From the NCBI GenBank assembly GCA_963827165.1, contig CAWGZR010000005.1, positions 288,001-352,000 of the forward strand: a stretch of DNA of 64,000 nucleotides. The letters run 5' to 3'. The stretch comes from Candidatus Bathyarchaeota archaeon (GTDB lineage: Archaea > Thermoproteota > Bathyarchaeia > Bathyarchaeales > Bathycorpusculaceae). Below the pieces are notes generated by a model. It was not told where the DNA came from. It ran no database searches and worked only from the letters and a program-made list of their open reading frames with translations. A program made the translations under genes and the position numbers. The first letter of the stretch is position 1. Each line of letters opens with the position of its first letter. Positions 43,703 through 52,788 of the stretch are shown one piece after another.

Positions 43703-44131
43703 TTATTGGTGCTTCTTTGCTTCCATTAACGCTTTAAGCTCAGCAATCTCGTTTGCTGCATTGGCTGATTTTATCTTGTGATCCTGTTTTTCCTTTAGCG
43801 TCTCTAACCCAAGCAAAGCTAAGAGACGTTCAGTTATGTCCACCATTTTAGAAAGGTAAACGGGTTTCTGAGCTTCGCTTGCCGTTTGGAAGTGAAGGCT
43901 TGCCATCCGGTAGAAGTAGTCATAGCGGTTAATCACCATGAGGCGAGCTTTATCCAAGTTGAAGACTTGGGTTAAGACAGGTTGCCAAGTATCGCGGGTT
44001 TCTGCGTCATAGTAGATATTTCTCTCTGAAGTTTGGTATTTTTCGCTCAGTAACTTCACAATTTCGCAGAGCGAGAAGCCTTTAGCTTCAAGCTTTAGAA
44101 ATTCTAAGCGTCTTTCTAAGACTTCATTCAA
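43703..44131 (-). CDS. HTH protein (terminase small subunit-like by position)
   Basis: RRLEFLKLEAKGFSLCEIVKLLSEKYQTSERNIYYD HTH plus helical C-terminus. Confidence 0.6.
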   Translation of the reverse strand: MNEVLERRLEFLKLEAKGFSLCEIVKLLSEKYQTSERNIYYDAETRDTWQPVLTQVFNLDKARLMVINRYDYFYRMASLHFQTASEAQKPVYLSKMVDITERLLALLGLETLKEKQDHKIKSANAANEIAELKALMEAKKHQ

Positions 44132-44853
44132 GCGAAAGCCTCCAAAATTGAAATATGGATTTCATTGTCACTATAGTCTGTAGTTCGCCTTAGCATGTCG
44201 CCTTCTAACTTTACATTTCGCTTTTGCTCTTCAGATAGGAATTGGTATGGTTCCTCGAGGGTTGGAACATGGTATTTTCTGCAGATTTTAAAGTAGGCTT
44301 CCACTATCTCAAATATGTCACTGTCAGGTAAGCATTTTCTAAAGCTGTCAACGTTCGGTGCATAAGTCCAGTTTAAGGTTACATGGTGATAGAGGCGCAA
44401 ACAGATTTTCTCATATTCTAAAGATTGTGCCTTCAAGACATCCAACTTTTCATAAATAACTTTCATCTGTACTAGTGTTGTGAAGAAAAATTGGCTTCTT
44501 GGGTCTTTTTGCGCTTTACCCACGTCAATCTGCAGTGGTTCTTCTGGGGGTTCGTCCCAAACTATTCCAAGATGTTTTGATTCTTGCTGTGTCTGAGGAT
44601 ATTTTTCGATTAGGTATTTGCGCATCTTCGCATAATTGACAAAGACTGCCCACTCTGCTCCAGAAATCAAGGATAAATCGTTGCCTTCATTATCCACTTC
44701 TTCTGGAAACAATTGTTGCAGCGTACAATTTTTTGGATCTATACCCTCGTGCTTCAGCTTCTCGGCGACTTGAGGCGAAAACGCCTTAGCCTCATGGAGT
44801 TCCTTGTTTTTTTGAACCTCTTCGCATGTTTTTTCTTTGAAGTCGTCAAACAT
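44128..44853 (-). CDS. Hypothetical protein, first gene of the module operon
   Basis: 241 aa intact ORF with ATGA overlap to the next gene. Confidence 0.7.
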   Translation of the reverse strand: MFDDFKEKTCEEVQKNKELHEAKAFSPQVAEKLKHEGIDPKNCTLQQLFPEEVDNEGNDLSLISGAEWAVFVNYAKMRKYLIEKYPQTQQESKHLGIVWDEPPEEPLQIDVGKAQKDPRSQFFFTTLVQMKVIYEKLDVLKAQSLEYEKICLRLYHHVTLNWTYAPNVDSFRKCLPDSDIFEIVEAYFKICRKYHVPTLEEPYQFLSEEQKRNVKLEGDMLRRTTDYSDNEIHISILEAFA

Positions 44854-45120
44854 AATTTAGATCCTAAATGTTACCATATCTTTTCTCGATTTATTCGGAT
44901 TATAACCTGAAAGTGACTTAGCTACACGAGCCATTTGTTTTGCTTATTCTCTTTACTTCCGTTTCTCAATGCCGAACGCTAATGCTCAAGGATTGAAGTG
45001 ACAAAAGCCTTAACCCTCGATCTTTAACAATTCAAGTTTATATGCCTGATTTTTTTAAGGAAAAAAAGAGAAAGAGGCTGCGAAGAAAGGGTAAAATTGG
45101 CGATATCACCTGCTTCTTGG

Positions 45121-45159
45121 GGGTTCAAATCCCACCCCCTGCACCAATATAATTAAAAC
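45121..45159. repeat. att site (tRNA-Leu 3' end duplication)
   Basis: Matches 26788-26825 with one inserted A. Confidence 0.92.
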
Positions 45160-45331
45160 TGTAAACACGCGTATTTCCGCAAAATCAGACCTATCCTTAT
45201 CGGCTCTAATTATTTTTGTAAACGAAAATTTATGGCGAATATTAACAGCTCAATTTGAGACACGAATTTCTTCTCAATAGTTTTTTAAGGCGATATGCCA
45301 ATAACTTTCCATTCGCTGTAGGCATTTACCT

Positions 45332-46483
45332 ATGGGTCGGGAGTTAACCAGTATTCACTTCACGGGATGCAAAATCATGAATAAAAAATTGTCAGTAGCC
45401 ATTTTTGTAACGTGTTTTCTTTTTTCACTTATACTTTTTTCACAAATATCCTATTGTCAAACATCAACACCAACCTCTACAACACAGCCAACCCCAACGA
45501 AAGGATCAATATTTGGAGGTTCCAATGCCTTATTGCTTATTGTCGGAATCGTAGCAGTTATTGCAGTAGTTGTTGGACTTACGTTTGTATTTGTTTTAAA
45601 AAAGGGGCCGAATGAAAAGCGCCTCAGTGGTTTTTCACCCCGTGACTTCGAAGCCTGGGTAATAAAGAAATTCAATGGTAAACCAGGCGACCCGTCTTGG
45701 GGAGTAAATGGGTTTACTGAGGGAGGTCAACCTCTTTTGATTAAACAGTCCGGCCCAGTCAGCTTGGCCGAGGTTGAAGCTTTCGTGAAAGTGTTAGTTG
45801 ACGGAAGGGCACAAATGGGCACAATTGTAGCGTTCGATTTTGACAACGATGCCTCTGAAGGAAAAATAATAGCGATGGATAATGGGGTTGAACTTCAGCT
45901 AATGTCCATAAATGAGCTTGTGAATAAGCGCTATGCTGATAGGATTAAAAACCTTGCGCGTTCACAGGTTACCTTTGAGGTGCCGCCTGCATATATGGCG
46001 AATGACCAAATGACTCGAGAAGCGCCCATTAATGAAAGAGCGCCAATTGAGCCCCAAAAAGAGGATCTGAAACCTCGGGTCTTCATATCTAATAGCAAAA
46101 CTCAGGTCTCCAATCAAGTGATGAAAATGCTAGATTTTCTGCATTTCGACTATGTAATGGGAGATAAAGAAGAAACAACCGTGCCAATTCCTAACAATAA
46201 ATTTGGAATGATGAAAGATTGTGATTGTGCAATAATAAATATCGCTGCCGCTGAACAGGAGAGGAGGTACAGTGGACTTTACGTCTTAAATACTAATGTC
46301 ACCTCTGAAATCAACGCAGCCTATCTGAACTACAGTAGGCAAGTTATTTTGTTGGTTGAGAGAAAAGTTGACTTGCCTGCAAATCTTAAGGGTCTGATAA
46401 GAATTGAGTATGATAGTGATGATTTATCTTTCAACGTTGCAATGGATCTCAAGGACGCATTGGAAGGCTTTAAAAAACTGTAG
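45332..46483 (+). CDS. Membrane-anchored fusion: signal/TM, degenerate Mrr-like nuclease fold, TIR-like nucleotide-binding domain (start probably 45377)
   Basis: Two hydrophobic helices; SPRDFEAWV..GVNG..LLIKQS..GTIVAFDF; RVFIS..CDCAII..NVTSEINAA..ILLVE..LPANLKG. Confidence 0.75.
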   Translation: MGRELTSIHFTGCKIMNKKLSVAIFVTCFLFSLILFSQISYCQTSTPTSTTQPTPTKGSIFGGSNALLLIVGIVAVIAVVVGLTFVFVLKKGPNEKRLSGFSPRDFEAWVIKKFNGKPGDPSWGVNGFTEGGQPLLIKQSGPVSLAEVEAFVKVLVDGRAQMGTIVAFDFDNDASEGKIIAMDNGVELQLMSINELVNKRYADRIKNLARSQVTFEVPPAYMANDQMTREAPINERAPIEPQKEDLKPRVFISNSKTQVSNQVMKMLDFLHFDYVMGDKEETTVPIPNNKFGMMKDCDCAIINIAAAEQERRYSGLYVLNTNVTSEINAAYLNYSRQVILLVERKVDLPANLKGLIRIEYDSDDLSFNVAMDLKDALEGFKKL

Positions 46484-46533
46484 CATTCTCATCTCTCAAA
46501 TCAAGTTTGGACCAAGCTCTGTAGTCTTATTGA

Positions 46534-46556
46534 GGTTCAAATCTCGCCCTGCACCA
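46534..46556. repeat. Degenerate third copy of the tRNA-Leu 3' end (old att)
   Basis: GGTTCAAATCTCGCCCTGCACCA vs GGTTCAAATCCCACCCCCTGCACCA. Confidence 0.65.
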
Positions 46557-46662
46557 AATCAAATACTTCCGCATAAAAAGCAAATGGATAGGCAAATGGG
46601 GAATAAGTTGCGCAAGACTTAAGCGCCCAATTCTATTTACTCAAATAAGATAAGGTTTCTTT

Positions 46663-46902
46663 ATGGTTCACAGAAGGGTGCGAGGGGGAAAATTCAAGAT
46701 TAAACATGTTGATAGGCAACCCCCGGTCGCGGTGGGTGACGAATTAGAAGTGAACATTACCGACCTGTGCCCAAGCGGGGATGGGATGTCGAAAATTCAA
46801 GGCTATATCATAACGGTGCCGAAAGCCAAGCCCAGAGACCGCGTAAAAGTAAAGGTCACACAGGTCGGCGAAAAAACGGCAGTCGGCGAAATAATCAAGT
46901 GA
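46663..46902 (+). CDS. Single TRAM-domain RNA-binding protein
   Basis: PPVAVGDELEVNI..GDGMSKIQGYIITVP..DRVKVKV. Confidence 0.88.
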   Translation: MVHRRVRGGKFKIKHVDRQPPVAVGDELEVNITDLCPSGDGMSKIQGYIITVPKAKPRDRVKVKVTQVGEKTAVGEIIK

Positions 46903-47006
46903 CTCTCACCAGACTCAAAAGAGATTTATCAATCAGCGATTAGATTGTGAGAAACCTTAAAACGGGGGTGGCGAAACCACTGCTAGCCAGTTGACGGGTC
47001 ATCTAA

Positions 47007-48227
47007 GTGTTTGGCGTCTACAGAGGAATGTCGACACAGGCAAAATACCTAATCTATTCCTCGGTGCTGCCTTCAGTAGCATATGGGATGTTCTACACCG
47101 ACATAGCCTATTTTCTCACGACAGTTCAGGGTCTAAGCTTCAACCTTATGGGGCTCATCGTCACAATCATGGGAGTATCCACATTTGCCACGAGCATTCC
47201 CATGGGCATCGCAGCCGACAAATACGGCAGAAAACGAATCCTCATATTAAGCAACGTAATAGCCAGCCTCATAATAGCGGTTTTTGCTCTGACCACAAAT
47301 ACAGCGTTGTTGGTAACGGCGGCTGTTTTTGAAGGCGTTTCAGAAGCGGCTTCTTCAGCGTCCGTCAGCGCGTTACTTGCAGCGAAAGCAGAGGACACGA
47401 AAAGAAATAGTGTTTTCTCCATGTTCGGTTTCGCCAACAGCACCGCTTTCGGCATAGGCGCGGTTGCAATCTTGGCGACATCCTCGATGGCAGCGTTCAC
47501 AAATAAAGAAAGCCATGTTCTTCTTTACGTCGTACTTGCAGCGCTGAGCCTCTCCTCAACATTAATAATGTTGAAAATCACCGAGTCAAAATCCTCCAAA
47601 GCCAAAGCGTCGCTAAGCGAACTGCTTCCGAGAAAATCCAAAAACGTTTTAATCAAATATGTCTTAACTGGCGCCATTATCGCTGTGGGAGCGGGCATGA
47701 TTATTCCCTTGATGACGGCTTGGATGAAAGCCCAGTACGGCATACCTGACTCTTTGAGCGGCCCAATACTAGGCGTGTCAAGCATTATAGTAGGAGTATC
47801 CACGCTTGCAGCTCCTTCACTTGCGAAAAAATTTGGAGCTATAAAAGCCATAGTAATAACCGAGGGGGTCTCAACCATCTTTATGTTTGCAACGCCGTTA
47901 TCTCCGAATTACATTGCCGCCAGCGTAGTTTACACTTCAAGAGCTTTTCTGATGAACATGTCAAGTCCGTTGGCGCAATCGATGATAATGGGGTTGGTTC
48001 CCGAAGACGAACGCGGCGCAGCTTCGGGCATAAGCGCTGCACTTTGGAGATTGCCCAACGCGTTAAGTTCATTCGTCGGCGCATACCTTATAGGCATAGG
48101 ATTCTTAGCTGCGCCATTTTTCTTAGCGGCGCTATTATACCTGATCTCTATAGGTTTATTCTGGTATTTTTTCCGAAAAACGAAAATGCCTGAAGAAAAA
48201 GATAATCCTCAGAGTGAACTAAAATGA
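47007..48227 (+). CDS. MFS transporter
   Basis: GIAADKYGRK motif A, about 12 TMs, VPEDERG. Confidence 0.92.
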   Translation: MFGVYRGMSTQAKYLIYSSVLPSVAYGMFYTDIAYFLTTVQGLSFNLMGLIVTIMGVSTFATSIPMGIAADKYGRKRILILSNVIASLIIAVFALTTNTALLVTAAVFEGVSEAASSASVSALLAAKAEDTKRNSVFSMFGFANSTAFGIGAVAILATSSMAAFTNKESHVLLYVVLAALSLSSTLIMLKITESKSSKAKASLSELLPRKSKNVLIKYVLTGAIIAVGAGMIIPLMTAWMKAQYGIPDSLSGPILGVSSIIVGVSTLAAPSLAKKFGAIKAIVITEGVSTIFMFATPLSPNYIAASVVYTSRAFLMNMSSPLAQSMIMGLVPEDERGAASGISAALWRLPNALSSFVGAYLIGIGFLAAPFFLAALLYLISIGLFWYFFRKTKMPEEKDNPQSELK

Positions 48228-48688
48228 ATGAGTTCAAAATCTTCATTGCAAAAACCGAAGACTCCGAGCTTCTAGTGAGGCACAGGCTAGGCATGTGGAA
48301 AGATATACGTCCCGAATTGAGTGAAAACGCTAAGAATATGGAGGAGACAACTCGCACATGGATTAAAGCCAAGCTGTCGGAAGGAGAACTAATGGGGTTC
48401 ATAGCCAAAACACAAGAAGGGACAGTCGCTGGAAGCGGATGCATTTGGCTTAGAGAAGACGCCCCCCGACCGTTCAACGTGCGCCTTGAGTCACCCTATT
48501 TTATGTCCATGTACACGGAGGAAGATTTCAGGCGGACCGGGGTTGCAAGCATGATTGTCCAGTGCGCCATCGACTGGTCCAGAGTACACGGCTACAAGAC
48601 CATTAGCCTCCATGCTTCGGAAGCCGGAATCCCGCTGTACGAGCGGTTCGGGTTCAAACAGACAACCGAAATGCGGCTCATGCTCTGA
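48224..48688 (+). CDS. GNAT family N-acetyltransferase
   Basis: MYTEEDFRRTGVAS, LHASEAGIPLYERFGF. Confidence 0.9.
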   Translation: MNEFKIFIAKTEDSELLVRHRLGMWKDIRPELSENAKNMEETTRTWIKAKLSEGELMGFIAKTQEGTVAGSGCIWLREDAPRPFNVRLESPYFMSMYTEEDFRRTGVASMIVQCAIDWSRVHGYKTISLHASEAGIPLYERFGFKQTTEMRLML

Positions 48689-48764
48689 CATATTTCTGTT
48701 TAGCATTAGCTTTACCGTCTGCGCGATAATTTTTTATCCCTGACCGAACGTCTAATGGGTAGAC

Positions 48765-49010
48765 ATGATGTTTATGAGAGAGTCAAGCTGGAGATTGTTT
48801 GGAGCTGCGTTAGCGGTTTTAGGGGTTGTCTTCCTGCTCGGGGGATTAGCGGCTTATTTGGGCGATCATCCGCAGTATGAGGCAGTTTTGACTGTCTTCG
48901 GCGGGATTTTCCTTGTTTTTGGCGCAGGCTTGGTTGTAATCACTTTCTTTGAGAAGGACAAAGGTGATGCAACAAACATTAAAGCACCAATGAAAAAGAA
49001 AAAATCGTAA
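48765..49010 (+). CDS. Small two-TM membrane protein
   Basis: Two hydrophobic helices and a basic tail. Confidence 0.6.
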   Translation: MMFMRESSWRLFGAALAVLGVVFLLGGLAAYLGDHPQYEAVLTVFGGIFLVFGAGLVVITFFEKDKGDATNIKAPMKKKKS

Positions 49011-49140
49011 TTGACAACTTACCAAAAAAAGGACAGGTATTTAGCTTGCTCTACAAAGCTAAATGGAATCTGCATTTTTCTCTTTCTGGAAATATTCTTG
49101 AGTGCCTTCGCTTTGCGGTCTGTTGAAAATCTTCTTTGTT

Positions 49141-49603
49141 TGTCAAGTATTGTCAATTTGTGTCAAATCAGGTCATTTTATGTCAATTCAGGTCAAATTG
49201 TGTCAAAAAAAGTATCAACCTGCAAATGATTCGAGCTTCCAAACAAAAAAACAACCCAAAACACAAATGGAAAATCACAGCAAAATACTTCCGTCAGAAT
49301 CGAAGACTGTGAAGAACGGTAATGGACTTCTGTAGACGTTAAAGGACTTTGGGAGACGGTAAAGGACGGTGAAGGACGGCAAGGGACGGTAATGGACTTT
49401 TAGGGACGGATGCTGCAGATAATCTAAGCCCCCATGCAAAAAAGCAATGCATTACACAAACAAAAAATTTCTCTACCAAAAAACGCGGACCCAACGCTAA
49501 CAAATCTGCGGTCCTATCTTATGATCTATTTTTGACTTTTTGAGATGTTTTGGGAGAATAGTTGCAACCGATCCAAGCCCCAAACCAGAAAAGCAACCAA
49601 AAC
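49141..49603. repeat. Three tandem array-plus-tail modules (copies B, C, D)
   Basis: B: 7 x nGTCAAnnnn (49141-49210), tail from 49221; C: 11 x nnnnGACnnn (49301-49410), tail from 49414; D: eroded array, tail from 49563. Confidence 0.85.
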
Positions 49604-49693
49604 GACTTGTTCAATGACGCCGACACAAAAACTTTTGCGCCAAAAAGACGCCAGCAAAATATCAAAGCTTAACAGACCCAAAAAAGGTTTGGG

Positions 49694-51583
49694 CTACTTT
49701 ATTATCCGAGTGTTGTAGGTTTTCAGGTACGTTTGGTGTTGTGAATCTTGCGGGTAGGTTTCGCTTGATGGGTATGGAAAGCTTGTCATGGTTTGGAACG
49801 GAAGCGGGTTAACAGTAAAGGGCACGTAGGGTAACCCGTTGCCTTTAAACCAGCAGTTGGCAACCACGAAGTAGTCTCTTACCCAGCCTTTTGGAACAGG
49901 AGGCAAATCCGCTAGAAACTGGATTGAAACTACGTCTCCTTGTCGCCCGATCACGAATTGGTTGTCAGTAGACTGCTCCAGCGACGTGACATCGCCGTAC
50001 TTTGTGAAAGCGCCGCTGGAAGTTGAGTTGGAACCGTATGCCTGAGACAAGACAGCTGATGAAGGCGTTAGGGTGTATACATTCATATCCTGCTGAGGCG
50101 ACGTGCTTACACCGATGTAATCGAATTGGAACAGTTGGTAATAGTTTATTCTGAGCATGAAATTGTTAGTTGGGAACAGCCCGGTCAAGTTCACGTCGAA
50201 GGTCTGGTCAGTAGTTGCGGGAATAGGAAATTCTCTATTCTCTGGAACGTTTACCCAGCTTCCGTTCGCAGCCATCACCTGCATGTACGGCGGCGGCGAA
50301 GGCATCACACCCGGCTTGTTGGCGTAACTCATAAAATTCTCGCCTCCTGCGCTGGTGCTTGGCCATTCAGTACGCGCCGCAACCACCAAGTCGATATTCG
50401 TTGCACCCGACAAATTACCGAGATTAAGCGTTAAGTTATTCCATGTCCACCTGTTGGCCGTGGTGAAAACTCCATCCAGCTTAGAGACTTGCGGAAGAAC
50501 GTTTTGTCCCTCCCCGTTGATCGCTGAAACCGGCGTCGAAAAGTGGTTGTTTAAAGAATAGATTGTTCCCTGACCAGAAAGGTCATTAACGAATGTGCTT
50601 TTGGTCGAGAAAACATCCGTACCAGCGGGGTGGTCCACAGCCAGCAGTTTAACCGAGTCCAAATAGAAGATTTCGTTTGTGTCTTCAGCGATTTGCATGT
50701 TATAAAACCCGTTGAGAGGCTGCAGCTGAGTTGAATCGAGCTTTATGTAATCATAGGGGTAATTGTAGGAGAAAACCATTGAGCCGTCAGGATTGAAGTA
50801 CTCGAGAAAACCTAACCAGCCCGTACCATCATTAACGTCTGCCGCGTAACTGTAACCGGTTCCGTTCCACGCGTAAAGTTCAGGGCACGAAGTCGGCGCT
50901 GTCCTCGCATAATTTCCGACTTCATAAGTTAAGCCTTCAACATCGAACGCTTGGGTAAGGCTAGTAGACCCACCGTTCCATCCTGAAAAGCCATAGGTAA
51001 CCAATCCCCATTCACTGCTTTCAACTTGCTGTGAAGCTGGAACGGTAATAGTATGGGTGCCAACAGGCACCAGACCTGAGAATCCAGCGGTATACGAGAC
51101 GCCATCCAAACTAAATTTGATCCCTGGTATGTTCATGATAACATTTAAAGTATGCATGCCAGTCGGAACTACGTTAAACGTGTTAGCTTGCCCTCCCCCA
51201 TTCAAATTGTAGCTTCCAACGGCGCTCTCGTTCAACAAGGCAGTTACATTCAAAATAGTGCCTCCTGCCATCTGAATGGGAACGCTTTGCACTATGGCAC
51301 CATTTACCGAGAAAGGAAACAGATAGCTGATGTTTCCGCTCCCTCGATTCCTTACTTCAACTGAAACGGTGATGGTTTGGTTAGGCCACGCTTCAATCGG
51401 GTTAATGAATAAATTTGAAACAGTAACCGAGCTGGGTAACGCGGTTGGCGGAGGGGCAGCCGTAGGTTTAGGAGGCGCAGAAGGAACAGCAGGCGTAGGC
51501 GAAGGCGCATGCGGTTGGGAACCAAAATAGTTGTTTTCGTAGAAATATGCAATGGCATCTCCTGCCGCGATCAAAATCAACAC
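49694..51583 (-). CDS. Large secreted/surface protein: Ig/CARDB-like domains plus SCP..WNG domain as in ASPIC/UnbV-associated proteins
   Basis: Pro-rich linker, VEVRNRG Ig-like, TSCPELYAWNG, E..YLDSVKLLAVDHP, YNTR end; frame extends upstream to RLAINKIQAAIIVVL. Confidence 0.75.
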   Translation of the reverse strand: MLILIAAGDAIAYFYENNYFGSQPHAPSPTPAVPSAPPKPTAAPPPTALPSSVTVSNLFINPIEAWPNQTITVSVEVRNRGSGNISYLFPFSVNGAIVQSVPIQMAGGTILNVTALLNESAVGSYNLNGGGQANTFNVVPTGMHTLNVIMNIPGIKFSLDGVSYTAGFSGLVPVGTHTITVPASQQVESSEWGLVTYGFSGWNGGSTSLTQAFDVEGLTYEVGNYARTAPTSCPELYAWNGTGYSYAADVNDGTGWLGFLEYFNPDGSMVFSYNYPYDYIKLDSTQLQPLNGFYNMQIAEDTNEIFYLDSVKLLAVDHPAGTDVFSTKSTFVNDLSGQGTIYSLNNHFSTPVSAINGEGQNVLPQVSKLDGVFTTANRWTWNNLTLNLGNLSGATNIDLVVAARTEWPSTSAGGENFMSYANKPGVMPSPPPYMQVMAANGSWVNVPENREFPIPATTDQTFDVNLTGLFPTNNFMLRINYYQLFQFDYIGVSTSPQQDMNVYTLTPSSAVLSQAYGSNSTSSGAFTKYGDVTSLEQSTDNQFVIGRQGDVVSIQFLADLPPVPKGWVRDYFVVANCWFKGNGLPYVPFTVNPLPFQTMTSFPYPSSETYPQDSQHQTYLKTYNTRIIK

Positions 51584-51837
51584 GACAATAATGGCCGCTT
51601 GAATCTTGTTAATTGCTAAACGTGAAGTATGAATGAAATCGCCTCCAATAAATCCTCAACACAATGATTCAAAACTCCTCATTTTTGCTAAAATCAGTCC
51701 AAATCTGGGTTGTCGCAAAGTGCAATATCTTTTAAAGGAACAAGTACGATTTGTAGTTTACTATTTTACCCGGTAGCCAAATAAAACATAAAGGGTTACG
51801 AGTAGTTAAAAACGAGAATTCGGTTGAAAGTAAACGA

Positions 51838-52497
51838 ATGAAGAAGTTGAAGCTTTTGGCAATCTTAATTTCAATAGTTATTTTGTTTGCTTTGATCGTC
51901 AGATTTCAACCGTGGAGTCCACTAAGCGCAAACGAAGTAACACCAATTCGAGTGGCATGCGTCGGTGACAGCATAACCGCAATAACGGGATACCCCTCCG
52001 ACCTCCAATCATTGCTTGGCTCGGGATACACTGTCGGTAACTTCGGCGTCAACGGAACCACTGTTTTGCTTGATTCTTGGAATCCTTACATGAACCAGTC
52101 TGAATTCCAAAAAGCCTTAGATTTCAAGCCAAACATTGTCGTTATAATGCTGGGAACAAACGATGATCTACAGATGCTTCGTCCATCGAACACAAGCTTC
52201 GAAGAAGACTACACAAAACTCATCTGCGCGTTCCAGCAACTTGAAAGCAAGCCGAAAATCTGGATTGTTACGCCTCCGCCGATTTTCAGCAACAGCTCGG
52301 ACTTAAGCAACGCCTATTTCAAAGGGACGATAATTCCTAAAATCGAGGACTTAGCGCATAAGACGAATTTGCCGTTAATTGACGTATACGCGGCTTTCGG
52401 GAATCATTCGGATTATTTCGTGGATGGTGTCCATCCTAATAGTGAAGGGGCAGCTCTTATTGCATCGGAGGTTTATAAAGCTATAAACCAAAAATGA
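51838..52497 (+). CDS. SGNH/GDSL hydrolase with signal peptide
   Basis: GDSIT, NFGVNG, LGTND, DGVHP. Confidence 0.92.
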   Translation: MKKLKLLAILISIVILFALIVRFQPWSPLSANEVTPIRVACVGDSITAITGYPSDLQSLLGSGYTVGNFGVNGTTVLLDSWNPYMNQSEFQKALDFKPNIVVIMLGTNDDLQMLRPSNTSFEEDYTKLICAFQQLESKPKIWIVTPPPIFSNSSDLSNAYFKGTIIPKIEDLAHKTNLPLIDVYAAFGNHSDYFVDGVHPNSEGAALIASEVYKAINQK

Positions 52498-52563
52498 CTC
52501 GGGGAGCCTGAGACTCTGCTTTGATAATCGCCAAGTTTTTACCTCTCCTCAGCGTATTATTAC

Positions 52564-52788
52564 TTGAGGGTGTTGACCATGGCTGTTCTTGAATGCCCTT
52601 TTTGTTACAAACCTTTTGAAGTTGAATCACCTGATAAATTTCATATGGCGTTTTCATCAGCAAAGCCGATCCGAAGTAGTTTTCATGGTGATGTCGTGAA
52701 AATTAAGGTTAAGTGCCCAAACTCAGAATGCAAGAGGACATTTACTGTTTTCTGGTATGCACCACTAGAATACTTTAACAGGGTATAA
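52564..52788 (+). CDS. Small zinc-finger protein (start probably 52579)
   Basis: CPFC...CPNSEC. Confidence 0.65.
   Translation: MRVLTMAVLECPFCYKPFEVESPDKFHMAFSSAKPIRSSFHGDVVKIKVKCPNSECKRTFTVFWYAPLEYFNRV

Larger units (their letters stand above)
26788..45159. mobile_element. ~18.3 kb integrated plasmid/provirus-like element in tRNA-Leu
   Basis: 26-bp direct repeat GGGTTCAAATCCCACCCCCTGCACCA (26788-26813, 45121-45146), each followed by TATAATTAAAAC; adjacent integrase, primase, ATPase; lower GC. Confidence 0.9.

Noticed and set aside
26788-45159. Complete provirus
   Set aside because: No recognisable capsid, portal, large terminase or tail genes.
49011-49335. Short ORFs over the periodic arrays
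   Set aside because: A 10-bp period is incompatible with codon structure and the translations are low-complexity.
49141-49603. CRISPR array interpretation of the stacked modules
   Set aside because: The constant parts are diverged ~48-mers, the inserts are internally periodic, and no cas genes are present in the window.
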